In this document: one piece after another, positions 38,403 to 47,980 of the stretch | How positions within the stretch are numbered: position 1 is the first letter of the stretch | Layout of the letters: each line of letters starts with the position of its first letter | DNA from: a virus | IMG/VR virus record: IMGVR_UViG_3300005613_000009 | Span: 32,001-96,000 of that record | Length of the DNA stretch: 64,000 nucleotides | Reading direction: 5' to 3' (one strand) | Position numbers and translations under genes: made by a program | The notes under the pieces: model-generated | Told to the model about the DNA's origin: nothing | Database searches by the model: none | Seen by the model: the letters and a program-made list of their open reading frames with translations, nothing else

Positions 38403-38788
38403 TTCTTTAATAACAAAGCAACGATTTCCCTGTCAACTTCAATGTATTTAAGTGAAATTTCTTCAGAACTAATAACAGTAAGTGGCACATTTTTCAAAAT
38501 AAAATCAAGCGCATCTTTGATTTTAAATAATTTATTAAGATATTTATCCCTATGCTCTCCCTCTTTGGCTTTATCATACTCTTCTTGAGTTATTACCCCT
38601 TCTTTTAGCCAACGATCATATGATTCCCAGAAAGATTCTTGCGGGTAATCAATCTGCGGCCATCTTGTGTTCAATCGCGCATAAGCACGTCGTTCAATAT
38701 CACCAGAACAACACCACGGATTTTTACCAACCCTCTTTCCCTCTTCTACTTTCAACTGAATAGTTGATTCGAAATCGTCGGGCTCCAT
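38399..38788 (-). CDS. Hypothetical protein
   Basis: Start moved to ATG 38788 (AGGAGG RBS, MEPDDFES). Confidence 0.65.
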   Translation of the reverse strand: MEPDDFESTIQLKVEEGKRVGKNPWCCSGDIERRAYARLNTRWPQIDYPQESFWESYDRWLKEGVITQEEYDKAKEGEHRDKYLNKLFKIKDALDFILKNVPLTVISSEEISLKYIEVDREIVALLLKK

Positions 38789-39509
38789 TTTTCCTCCTAA
38801 ATATCGGATAATGCAATTTTTTCCATAAATTGGGCCTATCGTATATCCCATAAAAAGACTTAAATTCTAAATCGATTTCCGTTTCACGCCCTTGTTTCCG
38901 AACAAGCTTAAAAAAATCATTGTTCGCCGTACAGCCACCACTCCCCTCCCCAATGTATAAAAGATATTGATCAGGCCGCATTTTTCTCCAAACTTTGGCG
39001 GCGAGCGAATCCATGTAAGGCCACGATAGCAAAAACATCTCTATTTTCGGGTGCGATTTGACATATTCAATAGCACACTCTTCCCTTACCAAATCAAGCA
39101 CTTCCCATGACCGTTCTTTTCCCCAGCTATTGTCGTCGATAGCCTCAATGGCTTCGAACCCATATTTCCGGATCCAAAAAGTCAACCACCCACATCCGGC
39201 CGCAAGTTCCGTTATCGATTCGATACCAAGCCTGTTAATTAATCTAACAATTCCACTTATAAGCTCATGAGACAGTATGCAAAAAGAGTGCTCAGCGTAT
39301 TCACTCCTGATCTCATATGTTTTTAAATGTTTTTCCGTATCAAAACACGATGAAGAAAAATCATCATCTAATAAAATCTCCGCGCTGATTTCGTCAGTCG
39401 TCGGCAGCCGTTCCATGTCAAATGAAAAAGTGCTCTTAATAAGATCCATTGGCGTTGGCCCCTCGTTTGCGATCATCTGATTATTTCTTATTCCTCTCTC
39501 ATTGTCCAT
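38724..39509 (-). CDS. SAM-dependent methyltransferase-fold protein
   Basis: ELAAGCGW motif I, EAID, LLSWP, YIGEGSGGCTA. Confidence 0.65.
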   Translation of the reverse strand: MDNERGIRNNQMIANEGPTPMDLIKSTFSFDMERLPTTDEISAEILLDDDFSSSCFDTEKHLKTYEIRSEYAEHSFCILSHELISGIVRLINRLGIESITELAAGCGWLTFWIRKYGFEAIEAIDDNSWGKERSWEVLDLVREECAIEYVKSHPKIEMFLLSWPYMDSLAAKVWRKMRPDQYLLYIGEGSGGCTANNDFFKLVRKQGRETEIDLEFKSFYGIYDRPNLWKKLHYPIFRRKNGARRFRINYSVESRRGKEGW

Positions 39510-39640
39510 AAGTATCGGCCGGCATTGTTTCTATCGTGGCCCGATGTGAAATCATGCTCAATTTGTCGAATGATTATTTCTAAAGCAACCTCTAAGTCAA
39601 ACCGTTTTTCGCCTTGTACCTGGATATCAAGCGTTAACAT
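39488..39640 (-). CDS. 50-aa microprotein
   Basis: Absent from the track. GAGGAGG RBS; MLTLDIQVQGEKRFDLEVALEIIIRQIEHDFTSGHDRNNAGRYLWTMREE. Confidence 0.6.
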   Translation of the reverse strand: MLTLDIQVQGEKRFDLEVALEIIIRQIEHDFTSGHDRNNAGRYLWTMREE

Positions 39641-39673
39641 CCCATGCCTCCTCTGTTGGCGTTGGCCCCTGTG

Positions 39674-39874
39674 CTATTCTTCAATTAACTGTATGCGACG
39701 ATTGTCAAACCATTCTGGATCAACCTCGCAATCATCTTCTCGTATACCACTTGCAGCTTCAATATAATGTTGCCCGTTAAAATATCCCCGATAGATATAT
39801 TCGTTAGGCTTCTTTTGAATTTTCGATTTTGACTTGAACCGTTGGCCGTATTTCATTGTTATCATCACTGTCAC
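39674..39874 (-). CDS. Hypothetical protein
   Basis: GAGGTG RBS. Confidence 0.55.
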   Translation of the reverse strand: MTVMITMKYGQRFKSKSKIQKKPNEYIYRGYFNGQHYIEAASGIREDDCEVDPEWFDNRRIQLIEE

Positions 39875-39999
39875 CTCACAACTTTAAATTCTTTCGCTAT
39901 TGTTAGCCTCTTTTTTACGTCCGTTCCTATGTCTACCCCCCAACAATTTACAACTCACTCAGCCTTCAAGAAACCAACCCCCCCTCAGAACAGCCCTCA

Positions 40000-40512
40000 T
40001 CAGAACAGCCCCCGGCAGGGAAGCCCCCGGCAGGGCCATACCCCGTATCGCTTCGCCGTCTCTTTCGCCACTAATGCACTCGACCCAAAAAATTGCGGCT
40101 GCGTCGGATCAAATGGCAACATCTGCATCTTCATCTTCTGTGCGCCATCGCTGCCACGCAACTTCTCGATAAGAATGCCACCCGCTGCAGGCGGTAGCCA
40201 CCAGCCACGCCTGAATACGCTGTTTTGGCCATCTGTTCCACGTGGAACCCAGGCGGGTCGTTTGGTATGGTACTCAAACCCCGCGGCCTGTAGCTGCCTC
40301 CTGGTGATTATGTGGTTGTCTACCTGTCTTTGGTGGCGGATACCGTCCAACCGCTTGACTTCCGACTCGTGGATAGCCGGTGCCCTGCTGAAATGCTCGA
40401 CTTCGATCTGCTCCGCCTTGAGAATCGCGTGGATCCTTAGTGGTTGTACGCCGTAGCGCCTCGACAACTCTTCGATCGTGTAATACTCCCCTAATTTCAT
40501 CGGCATAGACAT
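40000..40512 (-). CDS. Hypothetical protein with N-terminal HTH (excisionase/MerR-like)
   Basis: YYTIEELSRRYGVQPLRIHAIL; AAGGAGG RBS. Confidence 0.6.
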   Translation of the reverse strand: MSMPMKLGEYYTIEELSRRYGVQPLRIHAILKAEQIEVEHFSRAPAIHESEVKRLDGIRHQRQVDNHIITRRQLQAAGFEYHTKRPAWVPRGTDGQNSVFRRGWWLPPAAGGILIEKLRGSDGAQKMKMQMLPFDPTQPQFFGSSALVAKETAKRYGVWPCRGLPCRGLF

Positions 40513-40908
40513 CCTCCTTCTTCGATATAAGTGTGATAGAACTGTTTTTCTTATTAGGAGATTTTAATAGAAAATTCACAAAAAAACAAATAAAAAAAAA
40601 GAAAGATTGACAGGTTAATAGGTCTTATTATTTGGTCTTTTTTGTTTTTTCGAAATTTTTTTTGTGGGATAGTTGTTAAAACATTTTTCGGTTCTGGATT
40701 TTCTGTTTTTTTAGGTTTTTTCATAAAATACGCTTTTTTATTTTGCTAAAATTTAGGGGCCAGCATAATATCTACCCCAGGTAGTTTTTTTCCAAGGATA
40801 GTATTAATACTACATCGTACGTCACGACTTTAGCTTAGCAAAAAAAACAACTATGATATAGCTTACAAAAATGAAATCTAAAAAACAATATACAATCACG
40901 AATATTCC

Positions 40909-40985
40909 AGACACGTATGCGGGGTTGTCCTGGCAAAAAATCGCGTTGGTACAAGACACGTATGCGGGGTTATCCTGGCAAAAAA
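40909..40985. repeat. Two 32-bp direct repeats, period 45
   Basis: AGACACGTATGCGGGGTT(G/A)TCCTGGCAAAAAA at 40909 and 40954. Confidence 0.85.
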
Positions 40986-41015
40986 AATCCTGCCAAACGA
41001 TAATCTGTTCGGCAG
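40980..41015 (-). terminator. Terminator after the DUF4326 gene
   Basis: AATCCTGCC...GGCAGGATT hairpin with a T-run on the minus strand. Confidence 0.7.
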
Positions 41016-41025
41016 GATTGTGGTT

Positions 41026-42450
41026 TTAAGTTGAAAGGATTTTCTCTTTAGTCTCGAAGAAAGTTTGCTTTAAGATTCTTCGGGTCGTCGGGGAGGGATT
41101 GAAGCCGTTTAATCTCTTTTTCCCCTTGTCTAAAGCTATACAGTAGGATATAGCTTTGTTCAAGTCCTTTATGTTTTTCTGTGCTTTTAATCTTTTTGTT
41201 AGTTCGCCAAGTCGGTTACTTTTCAAAACTCTCTCAAGTTTATCGTTTTTCACCCGGCTATACTCTTTAAAAAATAACGCTTTTTCGTAGTTAGGCAGGG
41301 CAAAAACTTTCTTTGTCAAGCTATGAAGTTCATCATAGCTTGAATCTCTAAGCTGTTTTATTACACTAAAATATTTTTCTGAAAATTCCGGTAGTTCTAC
41401 TTTTGAACTATCCCCTATTGGAACATATGAATATCCCGTTTTTGTCGATTCAACCTCTTTCTCTATTTCGATAAATATTCTCTCAAGGTCTTGATCGGAG
41501 GCGGTTTCTATTTCACCTTGCCTCTCTCTTATTAATTGTTCTTCTTTGCTTTGTTCCGTTACTTCTTTCAAGTTCAAATCTATCATTGATAGTTCAAGTA
41601 ACATCGAGGCGGCTTTTTCACTGTCTTTTCTAATTTCTTCTATACATTGTTCCCTCATTTTTGCAGTAAAATTGAGTGACAAAAAATACTCTGTCAATTT
41701 CTCTGCTGTGTAGATGTCAATGCCGCACTTTTTCATAATATATTCCGGTTTAGTTGTTAAGGTTCTCCCGTCATTCTCCACAATCCTTGGGTCTAACAAT
41801 CTGTTACCGTTGTAGTAACAGTGTTCTGAGATGTTTCTCTCAAGCTGTGTCATATTTGAGGTATGCCGGGCCATGCCATCGAAGCCCTCTCCAAAATGAT
41901 TATCGTTGAATAAATCCCTATCGTCATTAAATTTGACGTCAATCATGTCGTCGCTATCGACGACACATGCCACATGATACCTATTTATGTCATTTCTAAT
42001 TCTTCTATCCAGCATTGATTTTCTGATGAACACTTCACCAGAAAAGATCAAGTGAAAAATTGCTTTGGCGATTACCTCTCCATGGCAGGGTTTCGGGGCA
42101 CAAAAACATTCAAGATATAGTCTGCCATGTCTCAACAATAGACTGGCAAGTCTTTTCAGTTCGTTTCTGATGTCATTATCCAGGTTCTGCACATATCCCC
42201 CAGACCTTGGAGAATATGAGTCTTTAGTCCAGCCTAAAAAGCTGGCGGCCAGCCACATACGATACAATCGAATGCTTTCAGCCCTACTGTATGAACTCAA
42301 GGGATATGGGTTGCCCAGTATACTGGGCCGCCCGACAAATACGTAATTGTCCTTACCTTCTTGTGGCTTGTACTTCTTGCTCCAGTTTTTGTTTACAATT
42401 TTGATCTTGAAATTTTCTTGATACTCTTTCTTTGTCAATTTTCGATCCAT
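41026..42450 (-). CDS. DUF4326-domain protein with a long helical C-terminus
   Basis: YVFVGRPSILGNPY...SIRLYRMWL...LECFCAPKPCHGEVIA. Confidence 0.8.
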   Translation of the reverse strand: MDRKLTKKEYQENFKIKIVNKNWSKKYKPQEGKDNYVFVGRPSILGNPYPLSSYSRAESIRLYRMWLAASFLGWTKDSYSPRSGGYVQNLDNDIRNELKRLASLLLRHGRLYLECFCAPKPCHGEVIAKAIFHLIFSGEVFIRKSMLDRRIRNDINRYHVACVVDSDDMIDVKFNDDRDLFNDNHFGEGFDGMARHTSNMTQLERNISEHCYYNGNRLLDPRIVENDGRTLTTKPEYIMKKCGIDIYTAEKLTEYFLSLNFTAKMREQCIEEIRKDSEKAASMLLELSMIDLNLKEVTEQSKEEQLIRERQGEIETASDQDLERIFIEIEKEVESTKTGYSYVPIGDSSKVELPEFSEKYFSVIKQLRDSSYDELHSLTKKVFALPNYEKALFFKEYSRVKNDKLERVLKSNRLGELTKRLKAQKNIKDLNKAISYCIALDKGKKRLNGFNPSPTTRRILKQTFFETKEKILST

Positions 42451-42467
42451 GATAATCCCCCATTCTC

Positions 42468-42527
42468 AATTAGACTCAATTCAGCTTAATTAGACTCAAT
42501 TCAGCTTAATTAGACTCAATTAAGCTT
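42468..42527. repeat. Three tandem 20-bp repeats
   Basis: AATTAGACTCAATT(C/A)AGCTT x3, just upstream of the DUF4326 gene. Confidence 0.9.
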
Positions 42528-43495
42528 ACTTTTAATAATATAGATCAATCCTTCCCCATCTGGATCAATCTTTTGGCTTTTTGTCGTGTTTTCTCCAGTC
42601 TTTTAGGCGTGTTAAGATTCCGAATGTCTCTGACCGGGTTTCTTTGCATTGCGCTCAGTCTTGAAAAATGTCGATCTTTTCAAGCGTCTGCCAGGGGGGC
42701 ACTGTCGATCTTTAACGGGTCTTGAAGACTCTCAAAAACTGTGGTCGTCCTACCTCAAAGAACTACTTCGATTTATCCCATCTGGCCTCATGCCGTCAAG
42801 GTCCCAGGCTTGCATCATGTCAGCCTGGGCGCTTCGTGCCATACTCACTATGATATGTTGCATATTTGGTGCCACAATAATCAAGCCCATTTGGTATCAA
42901 TCCAGCACAATTAAGCGTATTTACATGAAAGAGGTGGTGTGTATTTTTTGCAAGGGTGTGGCTTTTTCGATACGCTGTTTTATTGTGCAATATCAATCGC
43001 TTACGGTGCTGTGGCGATAAAGCCACAATGTGGGATAGTCAGTTTTCAGCTGTCTTTTTTTTGACTTTTTTTTAACTGGAAATTCCTTCGCTGCGCCCTT
43101 TGCAGCGCCCTCGCCTTGCAAAGCGGGCGAAATGGCAACGCCTGAAATTGATCTTAGTATTTCATTCTCCCCTGGCGTAAATAACAAGGCTGAGGGTAAA
43201 ACGAAACAAACGGACTGAAATAATGACAGAGGGGATAGGCAGACACGAGCTAAGACAAGGCAGTCGAAAATGAGAAAAAAATCGTCGTCTGTCTTTGAAA
43301 ACAGAGATTGTTCCGGCTCTGCGCTAGCGTAACGCAGAGCCTAAATAAGAAAACCCCGCTAAGCGTTTGTCTGCCTAACAGGGTCTGGGGGATTACTTTT
43401 TTATTAAAAAAAAGCGCAAGAACTCCAGCAGCTCTACTCTGCGTCATAACCCCAGTTAGAGTTCCAGGGTTATCAAGGAGTTCCTGCGCGAAAGA

Positions 43496-43684
43496 TTATG
43501 CCTCGCCAGCCAACACATCCGCTACTTCACAGATTATGTCGGCCACTCTCCCGTTGCAGGGGAAATCCTTCCCAGCTATCTGCAACGGGAATTTCTTTTG
43601 GTCCCAAGTCTGAGGACCGAATTCAACCGGCCCTCCAGTTTCCAAGAGAAGCTCTATCGCTTCCCTAAACTTTTCTTTATTCAT
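43496..43684 (-). CDS. Hypothetical protein (cassette ORF)
   Basis: GAGGGGG RBS behind the conserved module. Confidence 0.65.
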   Translation of the reverse strand: MNKEKFREAIELLLETGGPVEFGPQTWDQKKFPLQIAGKDFPCNGRVADIICEVADVLAGEA

Positions 43685-44255
43685 CTCAATTCCCCCTCGT
43701 GTTAAGAGTTAATGTTTTATTTTCACAAAAAAACAAATAAAGAAAACAAAAAGCCCGGTTCACGCTGCCAAGTTTTCCCTGGCAAAAAAAAAGACCACCT
43801 GCCATAAGGTTCTAAACAGGCAGATGGTCTTAAAATTTCCGGGCTCTGTACCCCTCTAATCGGGAGACGCTGTCCACACACCCGGCGATGTGGGAGCCAT
43901 GCTCGAACCGGTTACCCTACATCCGGAAGGTATTCCATTCCCATACAGGTTATTCGAGCTTTCCCTGTATAGTCCCGTGGAAGGATGTACTGGCAGGTCC
44001 ACGGATTTTCGATGGGTGATTTCTCGGTAACGGGGCCGCCATCGACCGGATATCCTCCCGTCTTGCTACCAGTTGCGATTTTTCACGCAACTCCCGACTT
44101 TTCTTTCGACGCCGGGCATCCCCGATTAATCGCTGGGTTGCGCATGAACAGGTACTGCGGGGCCTTTCCCTGTTCCCCTTGATCTCCAGCTGCCACTGGA
44201 GAGATCTTTGAGAGACGATCTTTTCATCGCCCCTCAAATCTTATATACTATTTAT

Positions 44256-44318
44256 TTCACAAAAAAACAAATAAAAAAATAAAAAAAGCCCGGTGAACGT
44301 GTGCCGGGTTCACCGGGC
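44256..44318 (-). terminator. Representative conserved intergenic module: terminator GCCCGGTGAAC-loop-GTTCACCGGGC-T7 followed by ATTTG-N7-GTGAA
   Basis: Related modules at ~43722-43790, 44536-44595, 44809-44872 and 45454-45513. Confidence 0.8.
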
Positions 44319-44326
44319 CTAGTTAA

Positions 44327-44500
44327 CTAAAATGGAATTTTATCTTCGAACATTGATGTTTCGACAACTGCATTGTCAAGAAACTGAACAATGCAATTAT
44401 CTAAATTCAATCCGACAAGCTCCAGTTCTTCAAGCTCGTCGGCATAGAATATATCCGCATTTCCTATTGAGTCGATGACTATAATCTGTTTATCAACCAT
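44327..44500 (-). CDS. 57-aa acidic microprotein ending -EDKIPF
   Basis: Absent from the track. GAGGGGG RBS; MVDKQIIVIDSIGNADIFYADELEELELVGLNLDNCIVQFLDNAVVETSMFEDKIPF; paralog of 45219-45419. Confidence 0.8.
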   Translation of the reverse strand: MVDKQIIVIDSIGNADIFYADELEELELVGLNLDNCIVQFLDNAVVETSMFEDKIPF

Positions 44501-44882
44501 TTCATCCCCCTCATGTTGAAAGTTAATGTTTTGATTTCGCTAATAAACAAATAAAGAAAAAAAAGCCCGGTGAACGTGTGCCGTATTCACCGGGCCTGGG
44601 GGGAAGATTGATAGATAAAACTCATAAGATACATTTTCCTGATTCGATATGCAGGAAGAGAAATTCTTGCAAATGGCCAATGAAAATCATGACTTTTCAT
44701 TTTCTCGGCCTTTTCCCTCGAAAAACGCATCTTGTGGGCTTTACCCCTCCGGATGCAATTCCATCACCCCCTCTCTTAGTTTAAGGTTATTAAATTATTT
44801 TGTTTAATTTCACTAAAAAACAAATAAAAAAATAAAAGCCTGGTTTACGCTGCCGGGTTTCCCCTGGCGAAAATGCAACCTA

Positions 44883-45185
44883 TTATCGTTTCATATCTTC
44901 ACAAGTGAAGACATAAGTTTCAAACAAAGCCCTGTCGTTGAGGGTTTCAAGCCACTGCCTTATTTGTGGCAGTCTTGGCTTTATAAATTTGATACGATCT
45001 TCTTGCCTAAGATAAAATTCCTCGTCAGCATAACGGATTAAGGCAACAAGTTCTTCTGCGGCATGAGAAAGGGTAGGAGCTCCCTCATTCTCACTTGTTA
45101 GACCATGATAATAGAGACCAATCGTGTCTAACAAAAACCCTTTTTCAAGTATTTCAATCAATAAGTTTATCACCAGTTTTCTCAT
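44883..45185 (-). CDS. Hypothetical protein (cassette ORF)
   Basis: AAGGGGGTG RBS. Confidence 0.7.
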   Translation of the reverse strand: MRKLVINLLIEILEKGFLLDTIGLYYHGLTSENEGAPTLSHAAEELVALIRYADEEFYLRQEDRIKFIKPRLPQIRQWLETLNDRALFETYVFTCEDMKR

Positions 45186-45218
45186 GTTTCACCCCCTTAT
45201 ATATTAAACGTAACCGGC

Positions 45219-45419
45219 TTAGAACGGAATGATATCTTGATGAAACGGGCTATTGGATCCTATTTCATACTCAGAAGAAATACGTTGGAACTCTTCTTCG
45301 TCATAGACATCTATGACGTCATCGTTAAACATGTCGAAAAGTTCCAGATCCTTCAACTCTTCCTCGTAAAAGACATCAGCGCTCCCAACCGAATCCACGA
45401 TCATCAACCTATCTTCCAT
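45219..45419 (-). CDS. 66-aa acidic microprotein ending -QDIIPF
   Basis: 20 D/E versus 3 K/R; paralog of 44327-44500. Confidence 0.8.
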   Translation of the reverse strand: MEDRLMIVDSVGSADVFYEEELKDLELFDMFNDDVIDVYDEEEFQRISSEYEIGSNSPFHQDIIPF

Positions 45420-45546
45420 GATACCCCCCTGGTTTAAATGTTAATATTTTAAATTCACTTTAGAACAAATTAAAAACAAAAAAAAACCCGGTGAGCATGT
45501 CTGCTACCGGGTTAATTCAGTGATCATGATAAAACACCTTTTCTTC

Positions 45547-45768
45547 TTACTTTTTGGCATTGGCCTTCGCAAGCCTTAGCTTAACGGCGTCCGGTGTAGG
45601 AAGTTGTTCCTTGATCAAGGTCCTCAACTCCATGTCCGTCTCTTGGAGGACGTTTTTGAACTCTTCACCTTCCTCAAGCTGGCCAGTGACGCCATAACTA
45701 ACGGACCATGAATTGAAATTCTGGCCCAATTTTTTCGAAACCAATACTGAAATTGTGTCTGTTTTCAT
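45547..45768 (-). CDS. Hypothetical protein
   Basis: GGAGGT RBS. Confidence 0.7.
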   Translation of the reverse strand: MKTDTISVLVSKKLGQNFNSWSVSYGVTGQLEEGEEFKNVLQETDMELRTLIKEQLPTPDAVKLRLAKANAKK

Positions 45769-45917
45769 CTAAATACCTCCAAAAATCATGAGAAAAACGG
45801 CAATCGCCGCCGATGTTAATATTATAAAATCCTGGCATTCCATAAAAAACTTTTCCATAGCAATACCTCCATTAAAAAAAAGGCAAGCACCAAACCGGCA
45901 CTTGCCTTAATTCCCGG

Positions 45918-46355
45918 CTAAAAAGGGATGTCGTCGTCCGCGATTTCGGGAACTGGTGGTAACTCATTCTCCTGCGGCTTATTCCCGCCATTGCCGTTCC
46001 CGTTCACGCTGGTGTTTCCGTTTTTGGGCGTCAGGAACTTGATCGAATCGGCCTCAATGTTTGTAGAATAACGATCGTTTCCGTTGTTATCCTTCCAAAC
46101 CTGATTCCGCATGCGCCCCTGCAGGCTGATCATGTCGCCTTTGCCGCAGAATTTCCCGACGATTTCGCCCAGCTTCCTCCAAGCGACTCCGTTTACCCAC
46201 GTGGTGATTTCCTTCGGGCTGCCGTCGTCATTGAACCCAAACCTTTCGTTGACGGCAATCCTGAAATTTGCCACGCTGTCCCCGGTTTTTGTAAACCTTA
46301 CTACCGGGTCCCCACCAAGCCTACCTATAAATGTACAACTGTTCTCGCAACTCAT
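45918..46355 (-). CDS. ssb: Single-stranded DNA-binding protein
   Basis: OB fold (GRLGGDP..RFT..G..VANFRIAVNE...TTWVN.VAW...QGRMRNQVWKD) and acidic DDDIPF tail. Confidence 0.96.
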   Translation of the reverse strand: MSCENSCTFIGRLGGDPVVRFTKTGDSVANFRIAVNERFGFNDDGSPKEITTWVNGVAWRKLGEIVGKFCGKGDMISLQGRMRNQVWKDNNGNDRYSTNIEADSIKFLTPKNGNTSVNGNGNGGNKPQENELPPVPEIADDDIPF

Positions 46356-46439
46356 GGTGAATCCTCCTGTTTTAAGATTATTAAGATTAACTATTTGTAA
46401 TTCAACCTAAAACAAATAAAAAAAGAGAAAAAAATACTT

Positions 46440-46952
46440 TTACGGAGTTTCCATATGAACCGTGAGTATGTTTTGGTGCTGTTCGAGTACCCCTTGGACC
46501 AAGATGGTTTTCCCGGTGGGCATTTTGTTGACGATGACATGGATTGTACCGTTAATTAGTTCAATATGATCTGAATTATGTTTAATAGTTTTGGGCGTAA
46601 ACATGAACCGGACTTTTCGACCGACGAATACGCTAGGGTTGTTGGCGAATGCACGGGACTTAAGTGCTTTAATGTAGTAGTCTGATGCAATTTGATATGA
46701 TCGATAACTAAGAAATGATAAAGGATTTATCCATCCAAGAGAATAATTGACCCACTTAGATGAAATATTAATTCCTGACATAATATCTGCACCATCAAGT
46801 ACTAATTCCCAATTTCCGGCTGAAATTGCTTGCCAGGTTCCAAACTGTGCGGTTTGAAAACTTTCTTCTTGTATAAATAAACAAAAACCGATTAATCCAA
46901 AAGCTGTAATATAGATGAATATAATTCTTAAGGTTATCTTAATCCTATCCAT
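46440..46952 (-). CDS. Hypothetical membrane-anchored protein
   Basis: N-terminal hydrophobic helix (IIFIYITAFGLIGFCLFI). Confidence 0.65.
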   Translation of the reverse strand: MDRIKITLRIIFIYITAFGLIGFCLFIQEESFQTAQFGTWQAISAGNWELVLDGADIMSGINISSKWVNYSLGWINPLSFLSYRSYQIASDYYIKALKSRAFANNPSVFVGRKVRFMFTPKTIKHNSDHIELINGTIHVIVNKMPTGKTILVQGVLEQHQNILTVHMETP

Positions 46953-46979
46953 GTTTTTTCTCTTTTTTAGCTTTAAATC

Positions 46980-47008
46980 TTGACTTTAACCCGTTGATAT
47001 AGTAGAAT
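46980..47008 (+). promoter_or_regulatory. Sigma70 promoter giving a probably leaderless HNH transcript
   Basis: TTGACT(46980)-17-TAGAAT(47003); ATG 6 nt after the -10; no SD. Confidence 0.7.
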
Positions 47009-47014
47009 ATTCGT

Positions 47015-47980
47015 ATGGAACAAACAAAAAAACAAAAAGTAGAAAAGCCTGGTCTTCATCAAAGAATTATTCTAAATAAATTTAAACAATGTCATAGATG
47101 TGGTCGGTATAAAATCAAAACTGCTTTTCATAAAAATAAAGCAGCTCCAGACGGACTGTATTTCCGATGTAAACAATGTCATGCTAAAAATGCTAAAACA
47201 AAGGAAATTAAGTTTGAACCACAACCATATTTAAGAAACTTCAAAAAATGTGTTCGATGTAAAAACTTTTTTACTACCAAATCTTTTTATGCAAATAAAA
47301 AGAACATAGATGGATTAGATTCGTATTGTAAAAATTGCAAAGATTCTATGGTTGAAAAATATGCGAAATCTGATAAAGGTAAAGAAGTACATCGTAAATC
47401 TGCAGCTAAATTACAAAAAACATCGAAACGCATAAACTGGAGGATAGAATATAGAAAACAGCCTTATGTGAAAGAAAAAGAAAAAGAAGAAAGTAGAAAA
47501 AGACGGAAAACTCAAAAGTATAAAGATTGGGTTGCAAAACGAAAGCAAGATCCCAAAGTTAAATTAGCTATTAGAGTCTGCCAACAAAATAGACGGATAA
47601 ATAATCCAAATATTAGACTAAATGACGGCATAAGTGGTGGAATTTATAGATCTATAAAACTTAAAAAAAATAATTGTCATTGGGAAACATTAGTAGATTT
47701 TACATTTGATCAATTAAAAAAACATCTTCAAAAACAATTTAAACCCGGTATGACATGGGATAATTATGGCAAATGGCACATAGACCATATTCGACCAAAA
47801 GCATCTTTTAATTTTAAAACCCCTGAAAACCCAGATTTTAAAAAATGTTGGTGTCTGAAAAATTTGCAACCATTATGGGCCTCTGAAAACTGCAGTAAGC
47901 GTGATCAGATCAATACACCAGTTCAAATGAGTTTATTATTAACCTTAAAAAAAAGGGGCAAGGTATTGTCCGATGTCTAA
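47015..47980 (+). CDS. HNH homing-endonuclease-like protein with two N-terminal Cys zinc modules
   Basis: Two C..C...F..N....DGL...CK.C repeats; WHIDHIRP...NLQPLWASEN..K. Confidence 0.85.
   Translation: MEQTKKQKVEKPGLHQRIILNKFKQCHRCGRYKIKTAFHKNKAAPDGLYFRCKQCHAKNAKTKEIKFEPQPYLRNFKKCVRCKNFFTTKSFYANKKNIDGLDSYCKNCKDSMVEKYAKSDKGKEVHRKSAAKLQKTSKRINWRIEYRKQPYVKEKEKEESRKRRKTQKYKDWVAKRKQDPKVKLAIRVCQQNRRINNPNIRLNDGISGGIYRSIKLKKNNCHWETLVDFTFDQLKKHLQKQFKPGMTWDNYGKWHIDHIRPKASFNFKTPENPDFKKCWCLKNLQPLWASENCSKRDQINTPVQMSLLLTLKKRGKVLSDV

Noticed and set aside
43830-44237. Intact gene (track ORF 43950-44237)
   Set aside because: The RBS-linked ATG at 44227 closes after 33 codons and protein-like segments switch frames; likely decayed or erroneous, so not called.
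43496-46420. Integron cassette array
   Set aside because: No attC GTTRRRY/RYYYAAC architecture and no tyrosine recombinase are visible.
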